Assembly (NCBI GenBank): GCA_001804285.1
Contig: MHFR01000053.1
Location: forward strand, 15,857 to 79,856
DNA length: 64,000 bases
From: Candidatus Danuiimicrobium aquiferis
GTDB lineage: Bacteria; Omnitrophota; Omnitrophia; Omnitrophales; Danuiimicrobiaceae
Reading direction: 5' to 3'
The first letter of the stretch is position 1. Every line of letters begins with the position of its first letter. Under the pieces are notes generated by a model, which saw nothing but the letters and a program-made list of their open reading frames with translations, searched no databases and was not told the origin of the DNA. Positions 50,801 to 59,300 of the stretch are shown piece after piece. Position numbers and translations under genes: made by a program.

Positions 50801-53800
50801 CTTCCGCACGTTTGGCTTCGCCGCTTGGCTTAGCCAAAGTACTGCCTTCGGCTGCCCTTGCCGCCGTCGGCGCCAAAGACAGGTCGCCCCCCTCGGTTAA
50901 TGGCCGCCTTGATTCTATCTGTTGGTTGCTCGCTCCCGAGCGGTGAATGCCGCGTCGCTCAAGTTCAGCAACTAACTTACCCCAGTAACCTATCGCACGT
51001 TCGAGAATAGCTCCGCGGAAGCCTTCGACAATACCCTGGCCTTGGGCGCTTAATAACTCTTCAAGGACAGGCTGTTCCAATGCATCGGCTGCATCAATAA
51101 GTTGATCCGTTGTAATGGGTTTTTGGTCTTCACCAATTTGTCGAATCGGCAAAAGCCCGGCTTCGTCACGCTGACCGTCCTGCTGAATCACGCCGTCCAC
51201 AATTCCCTGAAAATGGACGATGGCCGCAAATAACGGACTTACATTTTCAGGGAACATTCTTCCGGCCATCAGTTCTCGCTCTATCCATTCCACAAAATCT
51301 TCGACCCGAATAATCCGCTTTTCCAACGGTATTTTTTGTTGATTAAACAGACGCAGCATATCCCGTAAGAATGCTTGAAAAATATCGAGTTCTTGCCGCG
51401 CATTCAATTTAATCCTTGGCGCCTCTATCGTGATTGACTTCGATAAAACCCCCAAATCAAATCCAAGTCGTTTTCCCAACAAATCGACTTTCGGCGCCAA
51501 GCTTGGATTGTTTTTCCACCCTCCGTTAGTAAACAAATTTTTGCCGGGTATAATCTCTTTGAATTCGGGAGCAAACTGAACATTTCCTATCAATTTTTTT
51601 AAATCTAACTCCTGGCCGGCCGGAAATTCAATTTGAAATGGTTGGATAGCAACGGCCTGAAAAGTGTTCCAGTTAACCGTAATCGGTCCCGGAACCGGAA
51701 CGGTTTCTCCCGGCTGAAGTTGACCGGCGGATGGCTTTTCCATAACTGCAATTTCCGAAGGAGCTGAAGGAGTGGCTCGCCTTACTTCATTGATTGCGCC
51801 GGGACCGGTCAATGTTGGTGTTTTCTCTGCTCCCGGAATCTTGAAAGCCGGTATGGCACGTGCCGGCAATGATTTAATCATAGAGGTTCCTGCTGTATCA
51901 GTAAATGTCCTCCGGATTGCCCCCATATCAAAGTCACTGACGGGCGCGGCGGCTTTGGGATTTGAAGTATCAATTATCAAATCTTCCGTCGCCATGCGAA
52001 TAATCGTGTCTAACACTTTTTTATAAAGTAACCGCGCGAAAAAATATTCCGTTAAAAATGGTTCCGTTCCTTTAACTTCTTTTGATTTGTTAGCTTCCAC
52101 CCACGCCGCAATCGCATCCAACTGTTCTTTCCCAGAAACCGTTACTCGATCCGCGATTGCTTCTTCCGGAATGGATGTTTTTGTCAAATCTAATTGTTGT
52201 TGCAAAAATAAAATCCGTTTCTCTGCCGTTCGGTAAGTATCAGGATCTATAACCATGACTTTGGATAATTCGCGTTCTTTAGCGCTGGTCACAGTTAACG
52301 AAAATTTTCCTTCCACATTCCTTGTAATATAAATTTCCGGCAAAACTCCTTCCCCTAAATTCTTCCTCCCGTACTTTGCCGTAAAAATCACCGTTCCAAA
52401 CAATCGCTCGAAAAATTCCTGGGGATTCATAAATACTTCGTCGAGAGTCAATTTGCCTTGATCGATCAAATTCTGGGTTTCAGCTCTTTTAGTGACACCC
52501 CGGAATTGATTTTGCCAGTAATCGGGAAAATTTGCTCCCGAGAGAAACGACCAGAAATCGCCTTCCGGTTGATGACCCGCCATCTCACCATGCAAACCAA
52601 ATGCCGGAAGCTTTCCCAGACCAAATTTCGTGAGGGCAACCTCACGCTTTTCAATCGCGTCATTTAATGAAATGATGTCGTTGAAAATCATAGCCCGCGC
52701 TTCCGCCCTCGCAGCGGCATCGCTTGGCCCTGGCCGCACCTGCGAGGACAGGTCGCCCGCTTCGTTTGATGTCGGCTTTAGTTCTCCCAATTTGTTGCGG
52801 GCTTCCGAACGGGCAGCATCAGCGAGTGCGCGGACTTGGTCAGTCACTTGATCAGCTGCAAAAGGACCCTGTTTGAGAAGATCAGCATCAAAAGGACGGA
52901 CCTTAGCCATTTCCTGATCGACGAAGGCGCGGACTTTTGCTGCAGCTGCATTATTCGCCGTTTCTGCAATCACTGCAGGAGAAGGTTTCCCAAGAGCCCC
53001 AAGATCAAACTTCGGAGCGCGCGATTCTTCTTCTTTGAGTTTTTGTTTAACCGTCGCTTCTATCCCGTTTGTAATTGCCAGAATTTCTGCCTGCGAAAAA
53101 CCCTCCTTTTTCAATTCCTGATAAAGCCGAGCGGCTTCGGGGTCCATATCTGCGAGGGTAAACGCTTTGACTTGCGCGAGTTTTTCCAAAACACCCGGCT
53201 GAGTCATCTTAAAATTGGCAATCGCTTTATCGACCGCTCTCCCAAGTTCCGCTTCGCTTGCCGGCGGCTTTTGAACCACCTGAAGTGTTTCCCGAATGAT
53301 CGCAATCTGAGCCGCAATATTCGACATATTCACCGCATTCACCCGATTCACGAGCGCAGTAACAGATTCTTTCGTCACGTTTCCCGTTTTCCACATTTCG
53401 GAAATGCCGTTTCCGAACACTTCCACTTTCTTCTCGGTAAGTGCTTTCAGCTTTTCAAAATAAGTCGACATCATGGAATTGAGTTCCTCTTCGATCCGGC
53501 TGCGCAAATCCAGCACGAGAAACGGATCTTCGAACGTAGGGGCGGGTTTTAAACCCGCCCCTACATTTCCATAACCCTGCCGGAGCGCCTGAACGAGCGC
53601 GTCGACATATTTCGTGTAGGACCCGGCTTCGGACACTTTTCCTTCGGCGATTGAATCCTGAATAATCCGGTCGCGCCAACGTTTGAGGCTCGGCGTCAGT
53701 TCCGATTCCTTGAGTGAGGCGGCGAGTTTTGCGGAATAATCTTTCGCCAAGGCGTCCCACAGACTTCCTTTGAAATACCGCATGTAGGACATTTTTCCGC

Positions 53801-55607
53801 GCATCGCGTTTAAATAAATATCTTTCGAGCCGAGCTGATTGATTTTCGGCGCGACCAGCACATACGGGACTTTTGACTCTTTGAGTTTTCCCGTGATTCC
53901 CTGCGCGTGGAAACCGCCGGTCACGATCACCGCGAAATTGGTTTTGTTTTTTTCCATCATCGCAAGCGCATTCTCGTAAAGGGCTTCGTCGCGCTTCGTG
54001 GCAAGTTCGTAGAATTTGTAATGGGGTTGGAATAATTCATCCAAATGCTCTGCCGAGGGCACAAGAGCACAAGTCATAAGAGCACAAGTAAATGATTGAC
54101 CCTTGTGCTCCTGTGCGCTTGTGCGCCGGCTCGCTTGTAATTCCTCCCAGTCTTCCTGCACCAGTTCGAGTTTCGCGAAACTTTTGAGAAGTTCGACATA
54201 ATATAAATTCCATAAGACATTTTTTTCTTCCTCCGACTTTGGCAGTGAATTCCGCAATGCTTTTTCGAGCTCGCTTAACTCGGAAAATAGTTTCGTTCCT
54301 TTAATCGATTCGAGCGTTTTCGCATGCGTCGCGGCCGGTTTCAAAATCTCCGGGATATCGATGGCCATATTTTTCTCGTGCAGAACTTCTTCTACCCGAT
54401 TAAGGAGCGCTCCGGAAGCAATCTGCCCGGTCCGGTACATCTGAATCATCTGCCCCATTTCAATTTGTTCATCGGTCGATAACAAGGGAAGCACTTTAAT
54501 ATCAAACTCTTCGATGAGTTTATTCGTCGCGATGTCATATTCGGGGCCTTGCAGTTTGGTTTCGTTGTCCCCGGCCGTGAGAACTTTCGCAAGTTCGGGG
54601 AAGACGGTAGAAAAATCCTTTTTATCTCCTCCCCCCTTGTGGGGGAGGATTAAGGTGGGGGGCATTTCCTTTTCACCCCCATCCCTACCTTCCCCCATCA
54701 AGGGGGAAGGAGCACTGCTCTGTTCCTTTCCAAGAACCGTTTGCTTACCTTTTTCCGGTGTCTGGTGACCAGTGTCTAATGTCTGTTGACTGCCGACTGC
54801 TGACCGCTGACTGCTTTCTTCCCACAACTCCACAAGGTCTTTCACGTAGCGCATCAAATCAATCACATCATTCCGGAAATCACGCTGATGCGAATAAAAA
54901 GATTCCGTTTCCGGTGAAAAATATTGTTTCGCCTTTCTTTCAAGGTCCGATTTAATGCGGCCGAGCTGGTTGATGATTTCGCCTTCGCGGCCGACGGCTT
55001 CGAGAAAAGTTTTTTTATTCTCGTCATACAAACTTTGATTTTCAATTCCGTAATAGGCGGTATCAAATTCTTCATTTAAAATAGACGCGATTTCACCGCC
55101 GGAAAGTTCGCCTTGTTTCACATATTCATCGATCACTTTCTTTTTGAGATCGGCGTTCGGGAATGATCTAAAGAATAAACTGTCTAACCGTCCCGCTCCG
55201 CCTTCGAGCAAAACAAGCGGCACGCCGTAATTTTTCTGGAATAATTGAATCAGCTGGCGAATGTTGGTTTCGGAATCGTAATTCGTATGCGCGTCCTGAA
55301 GGTAGAGAATGAGGCGTTTGGTAGGGGCGTGATTAATCACGCCCTTTTCTTGATCTTGGACGCCATAAATGGCGCCCCTACGCAAATCTCCCCCAGGCAA
55401 AAACACTTCCTGCACATATCCGAGATTTTCGGGGATGACCAGGGATTGAATAACATTCTGCGGTTCAATTTGAAAATTCAATGTTCCGACTGGAACGGAC
55501 TGGGCAAAGACAAAGTTGGAAGGTGTTGCGATTACAGTAGATAATGTAAAGGCAAGAAGCACAATAACGGATGTTGCTCTATTATAGAAGCACACTCGCC
55601 CCATCAA
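41304..55607 (-). CDS. giant multidomain membrane-anchored protein (4,767 aa), paralog of gene 1; TTG at 55607 followed by in-frame ATG at 55604
   Basis: A 14.3-kb ORF. It has an N-terminal TM helix. Its N-terminal roughly 700 aa align with gene 1 (LILYLQDAHTNYDSETNI, LVLLEGGAG, STDEQIEMGQMIQMYRTGQIA, NFAVIVTGGFHAQG). Its C-terminal domain is shared with genes 1 and 3. Confidence 0.85.
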   Translation of the reverse strand: MMGRVCFYNRATSVIVLLAFTLSTVIATPSNFVFAQSVPVGTLNFQIEPQNVIQSLVIPENLGYVQEVFLPGGDLRRGAIYGVQDQEKGVINHAPTKRLILYLQDAHTNYDSETNIRQLIQLFQKNYGVPLVLLEGGAGRLDSLFFRSFPNADLKKKVIDEYVKQGELSGGEIASILNEEFDTAYYGIENQSLYDENKKTFLEAVGREGEIINQLGRIKSDLERKAKQYFSPETESFYSHQRDFRNDVIDLMRYVKDLVELWEESSQRSAVGSQQTLDTGHQTPEKGKQTVLGKEQSSAPSPLMGEGRDGGEKEMPPTLILPHKGGGDKKDFSTVFPELAKVLTAGDNETKLQGPEYDIATNKLIEEFDIKVLPLLSTDEQIEMGQMIQMYRTGQIASGALLNRVEEVLHEKNMAIDIPEILKPAATHAKTLESIKGTKLFSELSELEKALRNSLPKSEEEKNVLWNLYYVELLKSFAKLELVQEDWEELQASRRTSAQEHKGQSFTCALMTCALVPSAEHLDELFQPHYKFYELATKRDEALYENALAMMEKNKTNFAVIVTGGFHAQGITGKLKESKVPYVLVAPKINQLGSKDIYLNAMRGKMSYMRYFKGSLWDALAKDYSAKLAASLKESELTPSLKRWRDRIIQDSIAEGKVSEAGSYTKYVDALVQALRQGYGNVGAGLKPAPTFEDPFLVLDLRSRIEEELNSMMSTYFEKLKALTEKKVEVFGNGISEMWKTGNVTKESVTALVNRVNAVNMSNIAAQIAIIRETLQVVQKPPASEAELGRAVDKAIANFKMTQPGVLEKLAQVKAFTLADMDPEAARLYQELKKEGFSQAEILAITNGIEATVKQKLKEEESRAPKFDLGALGKPSPAVIAETANNAAAAKVRAFVDQEMAKVRPFDADLLKQGPFAADQVTDQVRALADAARSEARNKLGELKPTSNEAGDLSSQVRPGPSDAAARAEARAMIFNDIISLNDAIEKREVALTKFGLGKLPAFGLHGEMAGHQPEGDFWSFLSGANFPDYWQNQFRGVTKRAETQNLIDQGKLTLDEVFMNPQEFFERLFGTVIFTAKYGRKNLGEGVLPEIYITRNVEGKFSLTVTSAKERELSKVMVIDPDTYRTAEKRILFLQQQLDLTKTSIPEEAIADRVTVSGKEQLDAIAAWVEANKSKEVKGTEPFLTEYFFARLLYKKVLDTIIRMATEDLIIDTSNPKAAAPVSDFDMGAIRRTFTDTAGTSMIKSLPARAIPAFKIPGAEKTPTLTGPGAINEVRRATPSAPSEIAVMEKPSAGQLQPGETVPVPGPITVNWNTFQAVAIQPFQIEFPAGQELDLKKLIGNVQFAPEFKEIIPGKNLFTNGGWKNNPSLAPKVDLLGKRLGFDLGVLSKSITIEAPRIKLNARQELDIFQAFLRDMLRLFNQQKIPLEKRIIRVEDFVEWIERELMAGRMFPENVSPLFAAIVHFQGIVDGVIQQDGQRDEAGLLPIRQIGEDQKPITTDQLIDAADALEQPVLEELLSAQGQGIVEGFRGAILERAIGYWGKLVAELERRGIHRSGASNQQIESRRPLTEGGDLSLAPTAARAAEGSTLAKPSGEAKRAEAREEEFTIDSNIWLDYFLDGIVDRLGLRNKPFSILVSGPTKDANGETFTVLPGRYDFSVGYDFRNSNLDIMLLPGAKVVFLRAETRNQLIEPEQSLIKTRDLSSQVRPGSNGTAAGAKIQVPPVVAPSTPSQEVGDGPLGTAGKEVRPWLPSTIRTMIHFARLARQRWSIPRLRRALIDKFNKEDPEFRKYGQRWATNVEGQSKVDYLFLDAAETAKTPEEEKTNIDHMSNRLGLGGQVVFASAVQQEVEAKIEQFRGRNEFTISREVTEVEKTVFGFPVPGSQPYYYASARRMELPLAEDSTITRHTNHVILEVDKKSGQVVVAKYVPELKEMEELLSKRGKVAPGDVPEQARLRVEEQLPGLLVWELRMLDQIQKGLRGGKFERFTKLFPRPMGTEEGEIAREGKPPKKIVIKLSRTWLRDGGQKISQLDFAIQLMELVEALYSIGISVNDLRGDNIAVTPDGVGVVDLGSATIDPNRVGDNPILKKAADQILPFLMDLREISAVQSDFNEKVVKVNGKMTSPTIEQGDGDLGPSLDLFAWAKLVNNPLGKNPDLLVKYDPESEEAKRLLAITEEMQKEMLAPANPKQPKYNTASDVFPDILEKLRAIKADLARPGKSSEFILKDGKKPVVPSPESGQTAQLETLNPEPETQFRAETRQTVPSKRVGRMARDIYERIRETVMARPSSTMPNQVGVFFRDGGDEKSVTDLNLLVPPGNVNQAIEMKMSATDPRFGEEGRAYEVGQEGTNIIITARSEVRPTALARQARVPQGFEFKPGMAEKVFDWSSTLIAALSADLLSGKADGISITATKRSVSAVVLESFQDPGLVLQLLMSSPQAFPEEAAFKLMGDLAYLNHLARLAIQSPANPLPLAIRPTPGIATPAQNPASPSITTVTPASPTSPKGPRSEARLVAESMGMALPKAPPMVGTSDVMAAGAVARPVTFEFPTTATRGVNRRTFMKYAGYAGGLFGLVISGCSQIANSGEVAHFIVAGVPMRRDEKTSHLSYRLVFDLLGQGLKTGVKEFQVNLKDLKAEISDSVKTFAKQEKLNPDQTWELIEKTSILISGALLVADSMLKDVPAAGVSASQFARKQMQDPRTHDLFLAQSIMAAIPLEVEQTEKINELSGVARLHSELIDALEFSAWGEDEGQTVKTDLRGFIDQFFQDVAKNPDEPASIMAADYSEAFHAINLTRMTSKTKSGRWNYQLLRYTRYESWVQDPAKTPGAKFKKQDFRVAYVTPVMRIGPKMFLAYYDLSSDMVLVDNASIAELVTRTERLLKIMADFEQSGKSEEDRTEMLDRVIDVLDEDYTADRRKVDPNASSWKSQYPREKLHEIMSLVVQGYRRDFKDYFSRMEDAIRSHAEIPTLAREEIGRRVSGNTLIHEFEHFMGGQKNKVAGQALSKTTEFLRNNYMDEALSFLASLFPSLYLDARQKEATSSARFSVFALTARTVVENRFGRRIPYAEVKAPDGTSNWLPKPPASNQAIAEWGDLIYAINLIQLFNQMGMILYEKEKPGAKKEDFRKELDLTQVEGDTETSYWERMRRANWILERLLASSDEEVENLVKRVFSEWNKLAGEHVSPEPDIQRLVLTSSKNFTPDIFSPVLANAEMKTTGIADRTKRRKAEEAAMRARSPHPLSTTPIAVTPLSERFGVGGLLGRSVGRSEARQTGVGGQTRMKQPGPKGLRGIGFAMLSAVAAILPLAAGCGAGAAIAPAPVTPVAPGTPEAPETPGTPEAPAEPSAIDIYNEARAFILSQGAETIDVNGYEIKLYHNYQGDKRNYRLGDQEKVWLIDGLKLIPTHLLHLISQVLVLPTESWSNAAASVPRGISNLGELNLYTNNEPAETKAGGATARRITTGARQRDLGELAEKDGRARMAKLIASHSLLNWVVLHEAQHLWQHIDSKGDEKRKTLIQAAKTNLLNAADVYGFSYDSDIEIETMIMETSYGYGSRGSIERAVLQAKLGDSTFLDFLLFAMRSHILPGDGAIQAYGIPYGSDLLLPEKWSVQVDGDVIEIGNALRIFTTPDGWTTRVQLIKPYENGLTAIAEDLSLPMQLDTRLFVQDILANNPQRGTLTPLNPVRSTATYSTLAELSVAEPVLGEIAQKIVLNDIDSRGMTYREDLTGLTTADIQRTFDFTYGVRRYVGTDEKVRVELSMRGMRIIALKAERSFTNAYSDGMRFIFTEDTSAGLLTMESQEPSLYPFTNPPVVLPFNGDSWPIPQIVEPPVTPPVTPPVVPPAPTTVVDVFDPALFPGMSFGNNMTATRNDYGFTLIPTSAENYIGGYRKATEGWLTHIGMYKEVDITVQSAGTVSFKLELKRDTIQLIGKMGEVDGRKKDITVTSNGAPVTKVFQIVNEFVPIDDPDRITLSPDEYMNVFAISDLSEEMTVSVKLRSEARNLSLEPTAARAETRAGDEFIGFTGQDVTEPAFWADFWKDGKASSLPEKYRPDVAKLFAEFFGNYKSNPSQIRILDIGTGNFFVPKVVREVLGSNAQISAIDAAELSPDKVPSFVDFRQMNFETLQGFQDETLDVVTSLNAWEYADLKEQALREIYRVLVPGGKAMFLVHHRNSVILNDVRAHMQAMSTVMKKDALSLPQAVLARALIEKAGIYGDEEKASLAEMVRQSGFKVDRLEPVYSQGDLIGWELEMNKPAPEEETPPVRAETRAGVTVKDLRLKLGANTTNLDVIREQVRPYMRSADASIRRQLDTGQKRATKHFLITELQSILGKYFMNPGVFERIFTERILNRIGEGKPVSTAEELENVLISVFEEFNATRSESRVGMGQETRGKRQEDHMSRVSSPVSHQARAESRLSPIAQGIVYGSLGADEVFGASKAAIKDGRSAGQFTDGMRQDILSELAKAEEKGKGSVSGLVETLKGLKVVSNDNVLKTIEAEFSKMGLPVEFVKLILTSSVDNAGKTQLDRIVEFTKQYVLQQSAGLLEKAQTVELEMKAELTEAAVNVAKGVVKAIQEITEPTIIQFFIPAGYITSDDKTTDKFREDFSELAKTVANIAILNSNIRFEFISPGIQRDYRVPIEREFNRARTKGDIKTYQISLFPMNASRDANVVITDQVQTANAHAAKLAADAYVSGGKIAYQGLDRVTPVGLLLAGMGLLSKKDIDGIQQVEQNIFRGVNANAFNQFFAMTLRLVLEEAAKDALAKAA
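43050..43480 (-). other. class I SAM-dependent methyltransferase domain
   Basis: Motif I RILDIGTGNFFVPKVV (about 43330-43400), AIDAAE, LDVVTSLNAWEY, and LVPGGKAMFLVHH (about 43085-43140). Confidence 0.6.
43650..44130 (-). other. Pro-rich linker (VTPPVTPPVVPPAPTT) plus predicted beta-sandwich domain, paralogous to gene 1 27330-27800
   Basis: ...YKEVDITVQSAGTVSFKLELKRDTIQLIGKMGEVDGRKKDITVTSNGAPV... Confidence 0.4.
44500..45730 (-). other. second internal lipobox-like segment (GFAMLSAVAAILPLAAGC, followed by a Pro-rich APAPVTPVAPGTPEAPETPGTPEAPAEP linker) with an HExxH motif (LLNWVVLHEAQHLWQH, about 45095-45150)
   Basis: Hydrophobic h-region plus LAAGC. The HEAQH lies inside a predicted globular region. 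This module has no counterpart alignment in gene 1, so the support is weaker. Confidence 0.35.
46300..47940 (-). other. internal lipoprotein-like HExxH zincin-type metallopeptidase-like module (paralog of gene 1 32500-34075)
   Basis: VNRRTFMKYAGYAGGLFGLVISGC (about 47850-47940) ... TLIHEFEHFMGGQKNKVAGQALSK (about 46630-46680). Confidence 0.5.
48820..48915. mobile_element. family-B element in gene 2, in frame (encodes PSPESGQTAQLETLNPEPETQFRAETRQT)
   Basis: gcgtttccgccctgaattgagtttcgggttccgggtttaaagtttcgagttgagctgtttgtcctgactcgggactcggaactacggg. Confidence 0.55.
49100..49700 (-). other. degenerate protein-kinase-like domain
   Basis: KIVIKLSR (VAIK-like lysine), a catalytic-loop-like ISVNDLRGDNIAV, and VVDLGSA in place of DFG (about 49375-49480). 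Confidence 0.3.
54040..54130. repeat. in-frame hairpin (ggcacaagagcacaagtcataagagcacaagt ... acccttgtgctcctgtgcgcttgtgcgcc), a further palindromic family
   Basis: It encodes ...RRTSAQEHKGQSFTCALMTCALVPSAE... Confidence 0.4.
54625..54720. repeat. in-frame G/C-rich double hairpin (cccccttgtgggggagg ... ccttcccccatcaagggggaagg). An analogous ccctcacccctcccctctccctctgggagagggatagggtgaggg element is at 38720-38775 in gene 1.
   Basis: It encodes SPLMGEGRDGGEKEMPPTLILPHKGGGDKK in gene 2, and GPHPIPLPEGEGRGEGDLQVDH in gene 1. Confidence 0.4.
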
Positions 55608-55644
55608 TAATCCCCTTAACTAAGCTTTTAGCATTCTTATGAAA

Positions 55645-55673
55645 AGTATATACCGATTAGGGGTAAAATGCAA
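55645..55673 (-). promoter_or_regulatory. sigma70-like promoter for giant gene 2: TTGCAT-N17-TATACT
   Basis: On the minus strand: cttgcat tttacccctaatcggta tatact. The -10 lies about 40 nt upstream of the start. The architecture is the same as the gene 1 promoter. Confidence 0.45.
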
Positions 55674-55764
55674 GCCCGTGTCCTTCATATTATAATTCGT
55701 AAGTTGTTATATTTAAATGAGATAGGAGAAAGGCTAAGTAATTCAAGTGTAAAATTTAAGCACT

Positions 55765-56330
55765 TTATGCCGCACGCTTCATGGCTTCTTCGGCAGCCTG
55801 GGCGAGGACCCAGTTGAGAGTTTCGGCGAGGATATTGAATGTTTGAGCATTCTCAGCGTGGAAAGCTTGATCATCAAGTTTCCTCAGCCCGGCAATTTCT
55901 TGTTTCGACAGCAACACAACCGCCGCCGCAAGCAATCCGCCTAAATGAACTCCGCTTGTGCCAAACCGTAATCTCGTCTTCCCGTCGGCAAGCGTCGTTG
56001 CCAATGTAATTGCTTTTTCCGGCCGCGCCGCAACCGTATTTCCCGTGATCACAGCATCATAGTTTGCCGAAGGAACTGACGGAAATGTGAATTGTCCATT
56101 TCGGATCACGCCTTGTTTTTGAAGTTTGCCAATTTCCCGGCGGATCGTTGAATCAATTTTTAAACCTTGAGTCCCCGCTGATACAAATTCAAACTGGATA
56201 TTTGGATTCAATACGGCAAAATTACGGGCAAATTCAGCCAACCGCCGGATGTTCTCCGATAACTCTGCTCCTTCTAATCCCTTTAATTCATCTAACATGT
56301 TGATTTGAATCTTAACCGGATGATCGATGC
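55765..56330 (-). other. conserved C-terminal domain (gene 3 copy)
   Basis: NPNIQFEFVSAGTQ...AVITGNTVAARPEKAITLATTLADG...HLGGLLAAAVVLLSKQEIAGL...VLAQAAEEAMKRAA. Confidence 0.5.
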
Positions 56331-59300
56331 CAATCATTGCCTTAATCATTTCCCGCGCATGCCGGACGGATTCCGTGGTCATGCGCGCTAAGTCCGCCTG
56401 CAACGCCTCAACTCCGGTACCGTTTCCGGAAGTGCCGGGTTCTGGTTTCTGGAAGTCAGAACCTGGCACTTCCGGAAACGGTACCGGCCTCAAGATACGC
56501 ATGATTTTACTCATTTGCGGTCGGAGCGCTGGCCGCACAAGCCCAACCGGAATATTTTGCCGCGCATATTCTTCTTCAATCATTTTTGTCACTGACTCTT
56601 CCGTCACATCCTGTGGTTTTAAATTCAGCAATCGGCCGGTCAAAGAAGGAACAGCCGCATTCGCCTGCTTTTCGGCTTCGTCGAGAGCCTGATTGATCCA
56701 TTCCTGGATCATCTCGTTGATATCCATCGCCATGAGTCCGCTTGTCCTTGCATCTTGAAGCTGCTTCGCCAAATTTACACTGTCAACCCTTGCCGTTTGT
56801 GTAGGCCAAACCATTTCTGCAAGATCGAAAAAGGGGACAGGCAATTGCTTGCTTTGTTGTACTATGCCTGTCCCCTTTTTGAGTTCAAGGTTGCGCGCTT
56901 CGGCCCGTCCCGCAACTGACAATGGCCTCTGCTCCTTCACGGATTTAGTAACAGGCTGCAACTGTGGCCGAGGGATATCTCTTGCTTTCCACCCAATACC
57001 GGATACGCTAATCGAAAACATTGCGCCTTTCGAAATCTCGAGCACTCTCCTGGCCATGGGTGACAATGGCTGGGAATCCAGGTCAAAGGCCATACTCATC
57101 TCATTTTCTTCACCAATTCGTTTGATTTCTTCTTTTACTTTTCCCCATAAATCCGGATTTTCAGGGCTTCCGTCCGTTTTAAAGCGGACCTCATCCATTT
57201 GCACAATAATTGTTTTTCCTCCATAGATATTGGAAATTAATCTTGAAAACGCCTGTGAATATTTTTCCGTGTCGGTATAAAAGAGAACGTATTTGACCGT
57301 CTCATCAGGCAATCCGTCCTGGTTGATTAATCTTTCCTGTCCCAATTCAGGATAATCACGGTAACCAAACGGCTCTCCATCGGGTCCCACAATAACGATA
57401 CGCCTTCCGCTGTACAAAATATTTTCCGCTCCGGACAAATTCCGGAAATCATCCAAAATTGTTTTAGCATCAATTATTTCTCCACGTACCTCTGCCCTAA
57501 AATTAGTATCATCCCCACGAAAGTGGGGATCCAGCTGGATTCCCGCTTTCGCGGGAATGACAGAAGAATTTTCAAGGTTGCGCGCTTCAGAACGTCCTGC
57601 ATTTCCTTTATCGCTTTGTGGAACAGATTTGTTTGGAGCAGTAACCTCTTCAGCAGGTAACGGATTTGCCAGGTTTTCGAAGCGATCCAACTCTCCGTTG
57701 ACACCGACAAGCGCCTTGTCTAAATCTTCCATCAGCTTTTTCCGTTTCGTAATCGCATCATGAATCAGTTTTGTTTTATTGAGAAGTTCCTCGAAAGTCG
57801 TTTGGGAAAAATCGAAATCCATCGTTTTTGCTTGATGATCTTCCAATATATTTAATTCCGCAATAGTCATTTCGATCGTTTTAAAATCTCCACGAACACG
57901 CTCATTGTGTCGCTCGACTTGTTGCTCTGCTGTAAGCTTCTTCCAACGTTTATCGATAACAGCATGTAACCGCAATGTGTTTTCCCCCGTTTCGAGATAT
58001 CGATTATTCAACGCTAATATAACACGCACTTGGTCCCATAACCGTTGTTGTTCCCGAGTCAATTTATCTTCCGTCTCTTGCCCCATCACTAATTTTCCGG
58101 TAACGGACGGTTTTCGGTACTGACTTAAAAGGAATCTTGCACCGCTGATCGGCGACAGATCGGTTAAATCCATATCCGTTTCCTTAATTTCCGTTCGATC
58201 TTTTTTGAGCTTCGGAATGACACGTTCCTCGCCCTTCGCTTTCAATCGTTTAATCAACTCTTCGTAAATAGCCGGGATTTTTTCATCCGGGAGATTGGGG
58301 GTTCCGATTCTTGCCTCTTTCTTCAGTCTTCTGATCTGAGTTGATAACTCTCTCTTTTTGGAATCTAAAAGATCAATGGCTTTGGTGAGGCCAAGACTGG
58401 GTAGGTCGCCTTCCCTTTGAATCCTGTCCCTCATATTGCTAAGAATTTTTTCAAGCTCTTCTATAATACTGATCAAATTAACATCCGCCGTTTGCAGCCA
58501 ATACCGCCCTTTCCCGTTTTGAAGGAATGCCGCAAAGAAATGAGAAAATACAACGCTCAGGCGATTTTTCTCGGGTTCGCCGATATAATCCGGAAAAAGC
58601 GGAGTCACCAATGTATCGTTGATATCAAAGCTGAACAATTCTCCAAAAACATTACTCATGATCGTATTTCGAATCGCTCCGATCTGCCGGCCGACTTTTC
58701 CGGCGGCCGTTGTCAAAGTCTTAAATTTCTTTTCTTCGGGCGTTAACCGTTTTCCCGGCTCCGGCGAGCGGGCTTCGGCTCTCACAACAGTATCGTTTGG
58801 TTCTTGCCGCAACTGCGAGGACACCTGCGCACCTCGATTATTCAAAACGGGGGCAGGTTTTTGTTTCGTTAACTCAGAACCTGTCCCCGTTTTTGTGGTC
58901 GCGCTCCCCCAGACGGGCTGGTCTTGAATAAATTCATTGATTTCGTCCAGGGACCAAATCGCGTCCATCAATTCCTGCATCTCTTCCTGACTCATATTTT
59001 CAAATGTGGGGATTTCCCTCACGGCAGAAAGCATCGGAAATTGTCTTCCGATTTGCTTCCTGGCGAGTTTAATTATTTCCTGAAAATTTTCTTCTTTTAC
59101 ATTTCGCGTTTCGATTTTCCCGCCGTTATAAAATTTAAACCAATATGCAATCTGCTCGGCATATCCCGAAGGGATTTCTTTTTCCGTCTTGTATTTAAGC
59201 ACGCCTCTCCCGAGCGCAAATCCAAACGCATGGTTTGCTTTCAGCGCAAGTCTTAAGTCTTTTGAGTTTTTCCTCAATTTTTTCAAATTTTTCGCGCTTT

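Larger units (their letters stand above)
53700..55450 (-). other. conserved N-terminal module (gene 2 copy), possible TraB/GumN/TIKI-like domain
   Basis: It shares the motifs listed for the gene 1 copy. Nucleotide stretches such as gtttcggaatcgtaattcg.atgcgc.tcctg.aggta and caccgc.aaattggttttgtttttttccat are nearly identical between the copies. Confidence 0.35.

Noticed and set aside
1495-55607. NRPS/PKS megasynthase or RHS/YD-repeat toxin as identity of the giant genes
   Set aside because: No condensation (HHxxxDG), adenylation (A-domain core), thiolation (GGHSL) or KS/AT motifs were seen, and no YD-repeat periodicity. The recognisable domains are helicase, MTase, peptidase, Rossmann and sensor types instead.
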